DNA of 64,000 bases from Balanoglossus misakiensis. Its lineage: Eukaryota > Animalia > Hemichordata. Positions 1 through 14,806 of the stretch are shown here, one piece after another. Under the pieces are notes generated by a model. That model had not been told where the DNA came from. It saw only the letters and a list, made by a program, of their open reading frames with translations, and did not search any database. Within the stretch, counting starts at the first letter, position 1. Every line of letters starts with the position of its first letter. Location of the stretch: NCBI GenBank assembly GCA_040954595.2, contig CM082584.2:1643344-1707343 (forward strand), in the 5' to 3' direction. A program made the translations under genes and the position numbers.

Positions 1-3000
1 TCACCTATGATTTTTTTCTAAAAAAGACAAAATTTTGAGATTTTGCAAAGTCGAAAATTTGTCATTTTTTGATGATTTTCACCAATGTTGTTTTTAAAAA
101 ATCGACGAACCCATGATTTTTTTCAAAAAAAGACAAAATTTTGAGATTTTGCAAAGTCGAAAATTTGTCATTTTTTGATGATTTTCACCAATGTTGTTTT
201 TAAAAAATCGACGAACCCATGATTTTTTTCAAAATCGACGAAATTTTGAGATTTTGCAAAGTCGAAAATTTTGTCAATTTTGATGATTTTCACCCATGAT
301 TTTTTCAAAAATTGACGAAATTTTGAGATTTTGCAAAGTCGAAAATTTGTCATTTTTTGATGATTTTCACCCATGATTTTTTTTAAAAAATCGACGAAAT
401 TTTGAGATTTTGCAAAGTCGAAAATCTGTCATTTTTTGATGATTTTCACCTATGTTTTTTTTAAAAAAATCGACGAACCTATAATTTTTTTCAAAATCGA
501 CGAAATTGTGTGATTTTGCAAACTCGAAAATGTTGTCATTTTTTGATGATTTTCAACCATGATTTTTTTTCAAAAATCGACGAAATTTTGAGATTTTGCA
601 AAGTTGAAAATTTTGTCATTTTTTGATGATTTTCACCCATGATTTTTTCAAAAATTGATGAAATTTTGAGATTTTGCAAAGTCGAAAATTTGTCATTTTT
701 TGATGATTTTCACCCATGATTTTTTTTCAAAAATGGACGAAATTTTGAGCTTTTGCAAAGTCGAAAATTTGTCATTTTTTGATGATTTTCACCTATGATT
801 TTTTTCAAAAATCGACGAAATGTTGAGATTTTGCAAAGTCGAAAATTTGTCATTTTTTGATGATTTTCACCCATGATTTTTTTCAAAAATCGACGAAATT
901 TTGAGATTTTGCAAAGTCGAAAATCTGTCATTTTTTGATGATTTTCAACCATTATTTTTTTTCAAAAATCGACGAAATTTTGAGATTTTGCAAAGTCGAA
1001 AATTTGTCATTTTTTGATAATTTTCACCTATGATTTTTTTCAAAAAAAAGACAAAATTTTGAGATTTTGCGAAGTCGAAAATTTTTCATTTTTTGATGAT
1101 TTTCACCCATGATTTTTTTTCAAAAATCGACGAAATTTTGAGATTTTGCAAAGTCGAAAATTTGTCATTTTTTGATGATTTTCACCCATGATTTTTTTCA
1201 AAAATCGACGAAATTTTGAGATTTTGCAAGGTCGAAAATTTGTCATTTTTTGATCATTTTCACCCAGGATTTTTTTTCACAAATCGACGAAATTTTGAGA
1301 TTTATTTGTCATTTTTTGATGATTTTCAACCATTATTTTTTTCAAAAATCGACGAAATTTTGAGATTTTGCAAAGTCGAAAATTTGTCATTTTTTGATGA
1401 GTTTTACCCAAGATTTTTTTTTTCAAAAATCGACAAAATTTTGAGATTTTGCAAAGACGAAAATTTGTCATTTTTTGAGGATTTTCACCCATGATTTTTT
1501 TTCAAAAATCGACGAAATTTTGAGATTTTGCAATGTCGAAAATTTGTCATTTTTTGATGATTTTCACCCATGATTTTTTTCAAAAATCGACGAAATTTTG
1601 AGATTTTGCAATGTCGAAAATTTGTCATTTTTTGATGATTTTCACCCATGATTTTTTTTCACAAATCGACGAAATTTTGATATGCAGTCGTAAATTTGTC
1701 ATTTTTTAATGATTTTCCTCCATGATTTTTTTTCAAAAATCGACGAAATTTTGAGATTTTGCAAAGTCGAAAATTTGTCATTTTTTGATGATTTTCACCC
1801 ATGATTTTTTTTCAAAAATGTACTAAATTTTGAAATTTTGCAAAGACGAAAATTTGTCATTTTTTGATGATTTTCACCCATGATTTTTTTTGAAAAATGT
1901 ACGAAATTTTGAGATTTTGCAAAGACGAAAATTTGTCATTTTTTGATGATTTTCACCCATGATTTTTTTTCAAAAATGTACGAAATTTTGCGATTTTGCA
2001 AAGTCGAAAATTTGTAATTTTTTGATGATTTTCACCCATATTTTTTTTCAAAAATAAACGAACCCATGATTTTTTTCAAAAATCGACGAAATTTTGAGAT
2101 TTTGCAAAGTCGAAAATTTGTCATTTTTTGATGATTTTTGCCCATGATTTTTCTCAAAAATCGACGAAATTTTGAAATTTTGCAAAGACGAAAATTTGTC
2201 ATTTTTTGATGGTTTTCACCCATGATTTTTTTTCAAAAATTTACGAAATTTTGAGATTTTGCAAAGTCGAAAATTTATCATTTTTTGATGATTTTCACCC
2301 AGGATTTTTTTTCACAAATCGACGAAATTTTGAGATTTTGCAGTTGTAAATTTGTCATTTTTTAATGATTTTCCTCCATGATTTTTTTTCAAAAATCGAC
2401 GAAATTTTGAGATTTTGCAAAGTCGAAAATTAGTCATTTTTTGATGATTTTCAACCATGATTTTTTTCAAAAATCGACGAAATTTTGAGATTTTGCAAGG
2501 TCGAAAATTTGTCATTTTTTGATGATTTTCACCCAGGATTTTTTTTCACAAATCGACGAAATTTTGAGATATATTTGTCATTTTTTGATGATTTTCAACC
2601 ATTATTTTTTTTCAAAAATCGACGAAATTTTGAGATTTTGCAAAGTCGAAAATTTGTCATTTTTTGATGATTTTTGCCCATGATTTTTCTCAAAAATCGA
2701 CGAAATTTTGAAATTTTGCAAAGACGAAAATTTGTCATTTTTTGATGGTTTTCACCCATGATTTTTTTTCAAAAATTTACGAAATTTTGAGATTTTGCAA
2801 AGTCGAAAATTTATCATTTTTTGATGATTTTCACCCAGGATTTTTTTTCACAAATCGACGAAATTTTGAGATTTTGCAGTTGTAAATTTGTCATTTTTTA
2901 ATGATTTTCCTCCATGAATTTTTTTCAAAAATCGACGAAATTTTGAGATTTTGCAAAGTCGAAAATTTGTCATTTTTTGATGATTTTCACCCATGATTTT

Positions 3001-6000
3001 TTTTCAAAAATCGACGAAATTTTGAGATTTTGCAAGGTCGAAAATTTGTCATTTTTTGATGATTTTCACCCAGGATTTTTTTTCACAAATCGACGAAATT
3101 TTGAGATTTATTTGTCATTTTTTGATGATTTTCAACCATTATTTTTTTTCAAAAATCGACGAAATTTTGAGATTTTGCAAAGTCGAAAATTTGTCACTTT
3201 TTGATGATTTTCACCTATGATTTTTTTCAAAAATCGACGAAATGTTGAGATTTTGCGAAGTCGAAAATTTGTCATTTTTTGATGATTTTCACCCATGATT
3301 TTTTTCAAAAATCGACGAAATTTTGAGATTTTGCAAAGTCGAAAATTTGTCATTTTTTGATGATTTTCACCCAGGATTTTTTTTCACAAATGGACGAAAT
3401 TTTGAGATTTTGCAGTCGTAAATTTGTCATTTTTTAATGATTTTCCTCCATGATTTTTTTTCAAAAATGGACGAAATTTTGAGATTTTGCAAAGTCGAAA
3501 ATTTGTCATTTTTTGATGATTTTCCCCCATGATTTTTTTCAAAAATCGACGAAATTTTGAGATTTTGCAAAGTCGAAAATTTGTCATTTTTTGATGATTT
3601 TCACCCATGTTTTTTTTTAAAAAATCGACGAACCTATGATTTTTTTCAAAATCGGCGAAATTGTGTGATTTTGCAAACTCGAAAATTTTGTCATTTTTTG
3701 ATGATTTTCAACAATAATTTTTTTTCAAAAATCGACGAAATTTTGAGATTTTGCAAAGTCGAAAATTTTGTCATTTTTTGATGATTTTCACCCATGATTT
3801 TTTCAAAAATTGATGAAATTTTGAGATTTTGCAAAGTCGAAAATTTGTCATTTTTTGATGATTTTCACCCATGATTTTTTTCGAAAATCGACGAAATGTT
3901 GAGTTTTTGCAAAGTCGAAAATTTGTCATTTTTTGATGATTTTCATCCATGATTTTTTTTTAAAAATCGACGAAATTTTGAGATTTTGCAAAGTCGAAAA
4001 TTTGTCATTTTTTGATGATTTTCACCAATGTTGTTTTTAAAAAATCGACGAACCCATGATTTTTTTCAAAATCGACGAAATTTTGAGATTTTGCAAAGTC
4101 GAAAATTTGTCATTTTTTGATGATTCTCAACCATTATTTTTTTTCAAAAATCGACGAAATTTTGAGATTTTGCAAAGTCGAAAATTTGTCATTTTTTGAT
4201 GATTTTCACCCATGATTTTTTTCAAAAATCGACGAAATTTTGAGATTTCGCAAAGTCGAAAATTTGTCATTTTTTGATGATTTTCACCCATGATTTTTTT
4301 CGAAAATCGACGAAATGTTGAGTTTTTGCAAAGTCGAAAATTTGTCATTTTTTGATGATTTTCATCCATGATTTTTTTTTAAAAATCGACGAAATTTTGA
4401 GATTTTGCAAAGTCGAAAATTTGTCATTTTTTGATGATTTTCACCAATGTTGTTTTTAAAAAATCGACGAACCCATGATTTTTTTCAAAATCGACGAAAT
4501 TTTGAGGTTTTGCAAAGTCGAAAATTTATCATTTTTTGATGATTTTCACCCAGGATTTTTTTTCACAAATCGACGAAATTTTGAGATTTTGCAGTTGTAA
4601 ATTTGTCATTTTTCAATGATTTTCCTCCATGATTTTTTTTCAAAAATCGACGAAATTTTGAGATTTTGCAAAGTCGAAAATTTGTCATTTTTTGATGATT
4701 TTCACCCATGATTTTTTTCAAAAATCGACGAAATTTTGAGATTTTGCAAGGTCGAAAATTTGTCATTTTTTGATGATTTTCACCCAGGATTTTTTTTCAC
4801 AAATCGACGAAATTTTGAGATTTATTTGTCATTTTTTGATGATTTTCAACCATTATTTTTTTTCAAAAATCGACGAAATTTTGAGATTTTGCAAAGTCGA
4901 AAATTTGTCACTTTTTGATGATTTTCACCTATGATTTTTTTCAAAAATCGACGAAATGTTGAGATTTTGCGAAGTCGAAAATTTGTCATTTTTTGATGAT
5001 TTTCACCCATGATTTTTTTAAAAAATCGACGAAATTTTGAGATTTTGCAAAGTCGAAAATTTGTCATTTTTTGATGATTTTCACCCAGGATTTTTTTCAA
5101 AAATCGACGAAATTTTGAGATTTTGCAAAGTCGAAAATTTGTCATTTTTTGATGATTTTCACCCATGTTTTTTTTAAAAAAATCGACGAACCTATGATTT
5201 TTTTCAAAATCGGCGAAATTGTGTGATTTTGCAAACTCGAAAATTTTGTCATTTTTTGATGATTTTCAACAATAATTTTTTTTCAAAAATCGACGAAATT
5301 TTGAGATTTTGCAAAGTCGAAAATTTTGTCATTTTTTGATGATTTTCACCCATGATTTTTTCAAAAATTGATGAAATTTTGAGATTTTGCAAAGTCGAAA
5401 ATTTGTCATTTTTTGATGATTTTCACCCATGATTTTTTTCGAAAATCGACGAAATGTTGAGTTTTTGCAAAGTCGAAAATTTGTCATTTTTTGATGATTT
5501 TCAACCATGATTTTTTTTTAAAAATCGACGAAATTTTGAGATTTTGCAAAGTCGAAAATTTGTCATTTTTTGATGATTTTCACCAATGTTGTTTTTAAAA
5601 AATCGACGAACCCATGATTTTTTTCAAAATCGACGAAATTTTGAGATTTTGCAAAGTCGAAAATTTGTCATTTTTTGATGATTTTCAACCATTATTTTTT
5701 TTCAAAAATCGACGAAATTTTGAGATTTTGCAAAGTCGAAAATTTGTCATTTTTTGATGATTTTCACCCATGATTTTTTTCAAAAATCGACGAAATTTTG
5801 AGATTTCGCAAAGTCGAAAATTTGTCATTTTTTGATGATTTTCACCCATGATTTTTTTCGAAAATCGACGAAATGTTGAGTTTTTGCAAAGTCGAAAATT
5901 TGTCATTTTTTGATGATTTTCATCCATGATTTTTTTTTAAAAATCGACGAAATTTTGAAATTTTGCAAAGACGAAAATTTGTCATTTTTTGATGGTTTTC

Positions 6001-9000
6001 ACCCATGATTTTTTTTCAAAAATTTACGAAATTTTGAGATTTTGCAAAGTCGAAAATTTATCATTTTTTGATGATTTTCACCCAGGATTTTTTTTCACAA
6101 ATCGACGAAATTTTGAGATTTTGCAGTTGTAAATTTGTCATTTTTTAATGATTTTCCTCCATGAATTTTTTTCAAAAATCGACGAAATTTTGAGATTTTG
6201 CAAAGTCGAAAATTTGTCATTTTTTGATGATTTTCACCCATGATTTTTTTTCAAAAATCGACGAAATTTTGAGATTTTGCAAGGTCGAAAATTTGTCATT
6301 TTTTGATGATTTTCACCCAGGATTTTTTTTCACAAATCGACGAAATTTTGAGATTTATTTGTCATTTTTTGATGATTTTCAACCATTATTTTTTTTCAAA
6401 AATCGACGAAATTTTGAGATTTTGCAAAGTCGAAAATTTGTCACTTTTTGATGATTTTCACCTATGATTTTTTTCAAAAATCGACGAAATGTTGAGATTT
6501 TGCGAAGTCGAAAATTTGTCATTTTTTGATGATTTTCACCCATGATTTTTTTCAAAAATCGACGAAATTTTGAGATTTTGCAAAGTCGAAAATTTGTCAT
6601 TTTTTGATGATTTTCACCCAGGATTTTTTTTCACAAATGGACGAAATTTTGAGATTTTGCAGTCGTAAATTTGTCATTTTTTAATGATTTTCCTCCATGA
6701 TTTTTTTTCAAAAATGGACGAAATTTTGAGATTTTGCAAAGTCGAAAATTTGTCATTTTTTGATGATTTTCCCCCATGATTTTTTTCAAAAATCGACGAA
6801 ATTTTGAGATTTTGCAAAGTCGAAAATTTGTCATTTTTTGATGATTTTCACCCATGTTTTTTTTAAAAAAATCGACGAACCTATGATTTTTTTCAAAATC
6901 GGCGAAATTGTGTGATTTTGCAAACTCGAAAATTTTGTCATTTTTTGATGATTTTCAACAATAATTTTTTTTCAAAAATCGACGAAATTTTGAGATTTTG
7001 CAAAGTCGAAAATTTTGTCATTTTTTGATGATTTTCACCCATGATTTTTTCAAAAATTGATGAAATTTTGAGATTTTGCAAAGTCGAAAATTTGTCATTT
7101 TTTGATGATTTTCACCCATGATTTTTTTCGAAAATCGACGAAATGTTGAGTTTTTGCAAAGTCGAAAATTTGTCATTTTTTGATGATTTTCATCCATGAT
7201 TTTTTTTTAAAAATCGACGAAATTTTGAGATTTTGCAAAGTCGAAAATTTGTCATTTTTTGATGATTTTCACCAATGTTGTTTTTAAAAAATCGACGAAC
7301 CCATGATTTTTTTCAAAATCGACGAAATTTTGAGATTTTGCAAAGTCGAAAATTTGTCATTTTTTGATGATTCTCAACCATTATTTTTTTTCAAAAATCG
7401 ACGAAATTTTGAGATTTTGCAAAGTCGAAAATTTGTCATTTTTTGATGATTTTCACCCATGATTTTTTTCAAAAATCGACGAAATTTTGAGATTTCGCAA
7501 AGTCGAAAATTTGTCATTTTTTGATGATTTTCACCCATGATTTTTTTCGAAAATCGACGAAATGTTGAGTTTTTGCAAAGTCGAAAATTTGTCATTTTTT
7601 GATGATTTTCATCCATGATTTTTTTTTAAAAATCGACGAAATTTTGAGATTTTGCAAAGTCGAAAATTTGTCATTTTTTGATGATTTTCACCAATGTTGT
7701 TTTTAAAAAATCGACGAACCCATGATTTTTTTCAAAATCGACGAAATTTTGAGGTTTTGCAAAGTCGAAAATTTATCATTTTTTGATGATTTTCACCCAG
7801 GATTTTTTTTCACAAATCGACGAAATTTTGAGATTTTGCAGTTGTAAATTTGTCATTTTTCAATGATTTTCCTCCATGATTTTTTTTCAAAAATCGACGA
7901 AATTTTGAGATTTTGCAAAGTCGAAAATTTGTCATTTTTTGATGATTTTCACCCATGATTTTTTTCAAAAATCGACGAAATTTTGAGATTTTGCAAGGTC
8001 GAAAATTTGTCATTTTTTGATGATTTTCACCCAGGATTTTTTTTCACAAATCGACGAAATTTTGAGATTTATTTGTCATTTTTTGATGATTTTCAACCAT
8101 TATTTTTTTTCAAAAATCGACGAAATTTTGAGATTTTGCAAAGTCGAAAATTTGTCACTTTTTGATGATTTTCACCTATGATTTTTTTCAAAAATCGACG
8201 AAATGTTGAGATTTTGCGAAGTCGAAAATTTGTCATTTTTTGATGATTTTCACCCATGATTTTTTTAAAAAATCGACGAAATTTTGAGATTTTGCAAAGT
8301 CGAAAATTTGTCATTTTTTGATGATTTTCACCCAGGATTTTTTTCAAAAATCGACGAAATTTTGAGATTTTGCAAAGTCGAAAATTTGTCATTTTTTGAT
8401 GATTTTCACCCATGTTTTTTTTAAAAAAATCGACGAACCTATGATTTTTTTCAAAATCGGCGAAATTGTGTGATTTTGCAAACTCGAAAATTTTGTCATT
8501 TTTTGATGATTTTCAACAATAATTTTTTTTCAAAAATCGACGAAATTTTGAGATTTTGCAAAGTCGAAAATTTTGTCATTTTTTGATGATTTTCACCCAT
8601 GATTTTTTCAAAAATTGATGAAATTTTGAGATTTTGCAAAGTCGAAAATTTGTCATTTTTTGATGATTTTCACCCATGATTTTTTTCGAAAATCGACGAA
8701 ATGTTGAGTTTTTGCAAAGTCGAAAATTTGTCATTTTTTGATGATTTTCAACCATGATTTTTTTTTTAAAATCGACGAAATTTTGAGATTTTGCAAAGTC
8801 GAAAATTTGTCATTTTTTGATGATTTTCACCAATGTTGTTTTTAAAAAATCGACGAACCCATGATTTTTTTCAAAATCGACGAAATTTTGAGATTTTGCA
8901 AAGTCGAAAATTTGTCATTTTTTGATGATTTTCAACCATTATTTTTTTTCAAAAATCGACGAAATTTTGAGATTTTGCAAAGTCGAAAATTTGTCATTTT

Positions 9001-12000
9001 TTGATGATTTTCACCCATGATTTTTTTCAAAAATCGACGAAATTTTGAGATTTCGCAAAGTCGAAAATTTGTCATTTTTTGATGATTTTCACCCATGATT
9101 TTTTTCGAAAATCGACGAAATGTTGAGTTTTTGCAAAGTCGAAAATTTGTCATTTTTTGATGATTTTCATCCATGATTTTTTTTTAAAAATCGACGAAAT
9201 TTTGAGATTTTGCAAAGTCGAAAATTTGTCATTTTTTGATGATTTTCACGCAGGATTTTTTTTCACAAATCGACGAAATTTTGAGATTTATTTGTCATTT
9301 TTTGATGATTTTCAACCATTATTTTTTTTCAAAAATCGACGAAATTTTGAGATTTTGCAAAGTCGAAAATTTTGTCATTTTTTGATGATTTTCACCCATG
9401 ATTTTTTCAAAAATTGATGAAATTTTGAGATTTTGCAAAGTCGAAAATTTGTCATTTTTTGATGATTTTCACCCATGATTTTTTTCGAAAATCGACGAAA
9501 TGTTGAGTTTTTGCAAAGTCGAAAATTTGTCATTTTTTGATGATTTTCATCCATGATTTTTTTTTAAAAATCGACGAAATTTTGAGATTTTGCAAAGTCG
9601 AAAATTTGTCATTTTTTGATGATTTTCACCAATGTTGTTTTTAAAAAATCGACGAACCCATGATTTTTTTCAAAATCGACGAAATTTTGAGATTTTGCAA
9701 AGTCGAAAATTTGTCATTTTTTGATGATTCTCAACCATTATTTTTTTTCAAAAATCGACGAAATTTTGAGATTTTGCAAAGTCGAAAATTTGTCATTTTT
9801 TGATGATTTTCACCCATGATTTTTTTCAAAAATCGACGAAATTTTGAGATTTCGCAAAGTCGAAAATTTGTCATTTTTTGATGATTTTCACCCATGATTT
9901 TTTTCGAAAATCGACGAAATGTTGAGTTTTTGCAAAGTCGAAAATTTGTCATTTTTTGATGATTTTCATCCATGATTTTTTTTTAAAAATCGACGAAATT
10001 TTGAGATTTTGCAAAGTCGAAAATTTGTCATTTTTTGATGATTTTCACCAATGTTGTTTTTAAAAAATCGACGAACCCATGATTTTTTTCAAAATCGACG
10101 AAATTTTGAGGTTTTGCAAAGTCGAAAATTTATCATTTTTTGATGATTTTCACCCAGGATTTTTTTTCACAAATCGACGAAATTTTGAGATTTTGCAGTT
10201 GTAAATTTGTCATTTTTCAATGATTTTCCTCCATGATTTTTTTTCAAAAATCGACGAAATTTTGAGATTTTGCAAAGTCGAAAATTTGTCATTTTTTGAT
10301 GATTTTCACCCATGATTTTTTTCAAAAATCGACGAAATTTTGAGATTTTGCAAGGTCGAAAATTTGTCATTTTTTGATGATTTTCACCCAGGATTTTTTT
10401 TCACAAATCGACGAAATTTTGAGATTTATTTGTCATTTTTTGATGATTTTCAACCATTATTTTTTTTCAAAAATCGACGAAATTTTGAGATTTTGCAAAG
10501 TCGAAAATTTGTCACTTTTTGATGATTTTCACCTATGATTTTTTTCAAAAATCGACGAAATGTTGAGATTTTGCGAAGTCGAAAATTTGTCATTTTTTGA
10601 TGATTTTCACCCATGATTTTTTTAAAAAATCGACGAAATTTTGAGATTTTGCAAAGTCGAAAATTTGTCATTTTTTGATGATTTTCACCCAGGATTTTTT
10701 TCAAAAATCGACGAAATTTTGAGATTTTGCAAAGTCGAAAATTTGTCATTTTTTGATGATTTTCACCCATGTTTTTTTTAAAAAAATCGACGAACCTATG
10801 ATTTTTTTCAAAATCGGCGAAATTGTGTGATTTTGCAAACTCGAAAATTTTGTCATTTTTTGATGATTTTCAACAATAATTTTTTTTCAAAAATCGACGA
10901 AATTTTGAGATTTTGCAAAGTCGAAAATTTTGTCATTTTTTGATGATTTTCACCCATGATTTTTTCAAAAATTGATGAAATTTTGAGATTTTGCAAAGTC
11001 GAAAATTTGTCATTTTTTGATGATTTTCACCCATGATTTTTTTCGAAAATCGACGAAATGTTGAGTTTTTGCAAAGTCGAAAATTTGTCATTTTTTGATG
11101 ATTTTCAACCATGATTTTTTTTTAAAAATCGACGAAATTTTGAGATTTTGCAAAGTCGAAAATTTGTCATTTTTTGATGATTTTCACCAATGTTGTTTTT
11201 AAAAAATCGACGAACCCATGATTTTTTTCAAAATCGACGAAATTTTGAGATTTTGCAAAGTCGAAAATTTGTCATTTTTTGATGATTTTCAACCATTATT
11301 TTTTTTCAAAAATCGACGAAATTTTGAGATTTTGCAAAGTCGAAAATTTGTCATTTTTTGATGATTTTCACCCATGATTTTTTTCAAAAATCGACGAAAT
11401 TTTGAGATTTCGCAAAGTCGAAAATTTGTCATTTTTTGATGATTTTCACCCATGATTTTTTTCGAAAATCGACGAAATGTTGAGTTTTTGCAAAGTCGAA
11501 AATTTGTCATTTTTTGATGATTTTCATCCATGATTTTTTTTTAAAAATCGACGAAATTTTGAAATTTTGCAAAGACGAAAATTTGTCATTTTTTGATGGT
11601 TTTCACCCATGATTTTTTTTCAAAAATTTACGAAATTTTGAGATTTTGCAAAGTCGAAAATTTATCATTTTTTGATGATTTTCACCCAGGATTTTTTTTC
11701 ACAAATGGACGAAATTTTGAGATTTTGCAGTCGTAAATTTGTCATTTTTTAATGATTTTCCTCCATGATTTTTTTTCAAAAATGGACGAAATTTTGAGAT
11801 TTTGCAAAGTCGAAAATTTGTCATTTTTTGATGATTTTCCCCCATGATTTTTTTCAAAAATCGACGAAATTTTGAGATTTTGCAAAGTCGAAAATTTGTC
11901 ATTTTTTGATGATTTTCACCCATGTTTTTTTTAAAAAAATCGACGAACCTATGATTTTTTTCAAAATCGGCGAAATTGTGTGATTTTGCAAACTCGAAAA

Positions 12001-14806
12001 TTTTGTCATTTTTTGATGATTTTCAACAATAATTTTTTTTCAAAAATCGACGAAATTTTGAGATTTTGCAAAGTCGAAAATTTTGTCATTTTTTGATGAT
12101 TTTCACCCATGATTTTTTCAAAAATTGATGAAATTTTGAGATTTTGCAAAGTCGAAAATTTGTCATTTTTTGATGATTTTCACCCATGATTTTTTTCGAA
12201 AATCGACGAAATGTTGAGTTTTTGCAAAGTCGAAAATTTGTCATTTTTTGATGATTTTCATCCATGATTTTTTTTTAAAAATCGACGAAATTTTGAGATT
12301 TTGCAAAGTCGAAAATTTGTCATTTTTTGATGATTTTCACCAATGTTGTTTTTAAAAAATCGACGAACCCATGATTTTTTTCAAAATCGACGAAATTTTG
12401 AGATTTTGCAAAGTCGAAAATTTGTCATTTTTTGATGATTCTCAACCATTATTTTTTTTCAAAAATCGACGAAATTTTGAGATTTTGCAAAGTCGAAAAT
12501 TTGTCATTTTTTGATGATTTTCACCCATGATTTTTTTCAAAAATCGACGAAATTTTGAGATTTCGCAAAGTCGAAAATTTGTCATTTTTTGATGATTTTC
12601 ACCCATGATTTTTTTCGAAAATCGACGAAATGTTGAGTTTTTGCAAAGTCGAAAATTTGTCATTTTTTGATGATTTTCATCCATGATTTTTTTTTAAAAA
12701 TCGACGAAATTTTGAGATTTTGCAAAGTCGAAAATTTGTCATTTTTTGATGATTTTCACCAATGTTGTTTTTAAAAAATCGACGAACCCATGATTTTTTT
12801 CAAAATCGACGAAATTTTGAGGTTTTGCAAAGTCGAAAATTTATCATTTTTTGATGATTTTCACCCAGGATTTTTTTTCACAAATCGACGAAATTTTGAG
12901 ATTTTGCAGTTGTAAATTTGTCATTTTTCAATGATTTTCCTCCATGATTTTTTTTCAAAAATCGACGAAATTTTGAGATTTTGCAAAGTCGAAAATTTGT
13001 CATTTTTTGATGATTTTCACCCATGATTTTTTTCAAAAATCGACGAAATTTTGAGATTTTGCAAGGTCGAAAATTTGTCATTTTTTGATGATTTTCACCC
13101 AGGATTTTTTTTCACAAATCGACGAAATTTTGAGATTTATTTGTCATTTTTTGATGATTTTCAACCATTATTTTTTTTCAAAAATCGACGAAATTTTGAG
13201 ATTTTGCAAAGTCGAAAATTTGTCACTTTTTGATGATTTTCACCTATGATTTTTTTCAAAAATCGACGAAATGTTGAGATTTTGCGAAGTCGAAAATTTG
13301 TCATTTTTTGATGATTTTCACCCATGATTTTTTTAAAAAATCGACGAAATTTTGAGATTTTGCAAAGTCGAAAATTTGTCATTTTTTGATGATTTTCACC
13401 CAGGATTTTTTTCAAAAATCGACGAAATTTTGAGATTTTGCAAAGTCGAAAATTTGTCATTTTTTGATGATTTTCACCCATGTTTTTTTTAAAAAAATCG
13501 ACGAACCTATGATTTTTTTCAAAATCGGCGAAATTGTGTGATTTTGCAAACTCGAAAATTTTGTCATTTTTTGATGATTTTCAACAATAATTTTTTTTCA
13601 AAAATCGACGAAATTTTGAGATTTTGCAAAGTCGAAAATTTTGTCATTTTTTGATGATTTTCACCCATGATTTTTTCAAAAATTGATGAAATTTTGAGAT
13701 TTTGCAAAGTCGAAAATTTGTCATTTTTTGATGATTTTCACCCATGATTTTTTTCGAAAATCGACGAAATGTTGAGTTTTTGCAAAGTCGAAAATTTGTC
13801 ATTTTTTGATGATTTTCAACCATGATTTTTTTTTTAAAATCGACGAAATTTTGAGATTTTGCAAAGTCGAAAATTTGTCATTTTTTGATGATTTTCACCA
13901 ATGTTGTTTTTAAAAAATCGACGAACCCATGATTTTTTTCAAAATCGACGAAATTTTGAGATTTTGCAAAGTCGAAAATTTGTCATTTTTTGATGATTTT
14001 CAACCATTATTTTTTTTCAAAAATCGACGAAATTTTGAGATTTTGCAAAGTCGAAAATTTGTCATTTTTTGATGATTTTCACCCATGATTTTTTTCAAAA
14101 ATCGACGAAATTTTGAGATTTCGCAAAGTCGAAAATTTGTCATTTTTTGATGATTTTCACCCATGATTTTTTTCGAAAATCGACGAAATGTTGAGTTTTT
14201 GCAAAGTCGAAAATTTGTCATTTTTTGATGATTTTCATCCATGATTTTTTTTTAAAAATCGACGAAATTTTGAGATTTTGCAAAGTCGAAAATTTGTCAT
14301 TTTTTGATGATTTTCACGCAGGATTTTTTTTCACAAATCGACGAAATTTTGAGATTTATTTGTCATTTTTTGATGATTTTCAACCATTATTTTTTTTCAA
14401 AAATCGACGAAATTTTGAGATTTTGCAAAGTCGAAAATTTTGTCATTTTTTGATGATTTTCACCCATGATTTTTTCAAAAATTGATGAAATTTTGAGATT
14501 TTGCAAAGTCGAAAATTTGTCATTTTTTGATGATTTTCACCCATGATTTTTTTCGAAAATCGACGAAATGTTGAGTTTTTGCAAAGTCGAAAATTTGTCA
14601 TTTTTTGATGATTTTCATCCATGATTTTTTTTTAAAAATCGACGAAATTTTGAGATTTTGCAAAGTCGAAAATTTGTCATTTTTTGATGATTTTCACGCA
14701 GGATTTTTTTTCACAAATCGACGAAATTTTGAGATTTATTTGTCATTTTTTGATGATTTTCAACCATTATTTTTTTTTCAAAAATCCACGAAATTTTGAG
14801 ATTTTG
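1..14806 (+). repeat. AT-rich satellite 1, ~81-bp monomer, forward arm, with kb-scale higher-order repeats
   Basis: Tandem unit cccatgatttttttcaaaaatcgacgaaattttgagattttgcaaagtcgaaaatttgtcattttttgatgattttca. The spurious ORFs show 27-aa periodicity. Identical ORFs recur at offsets of 1558, 3247 and 5068 bp. Confidence 0.97.
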
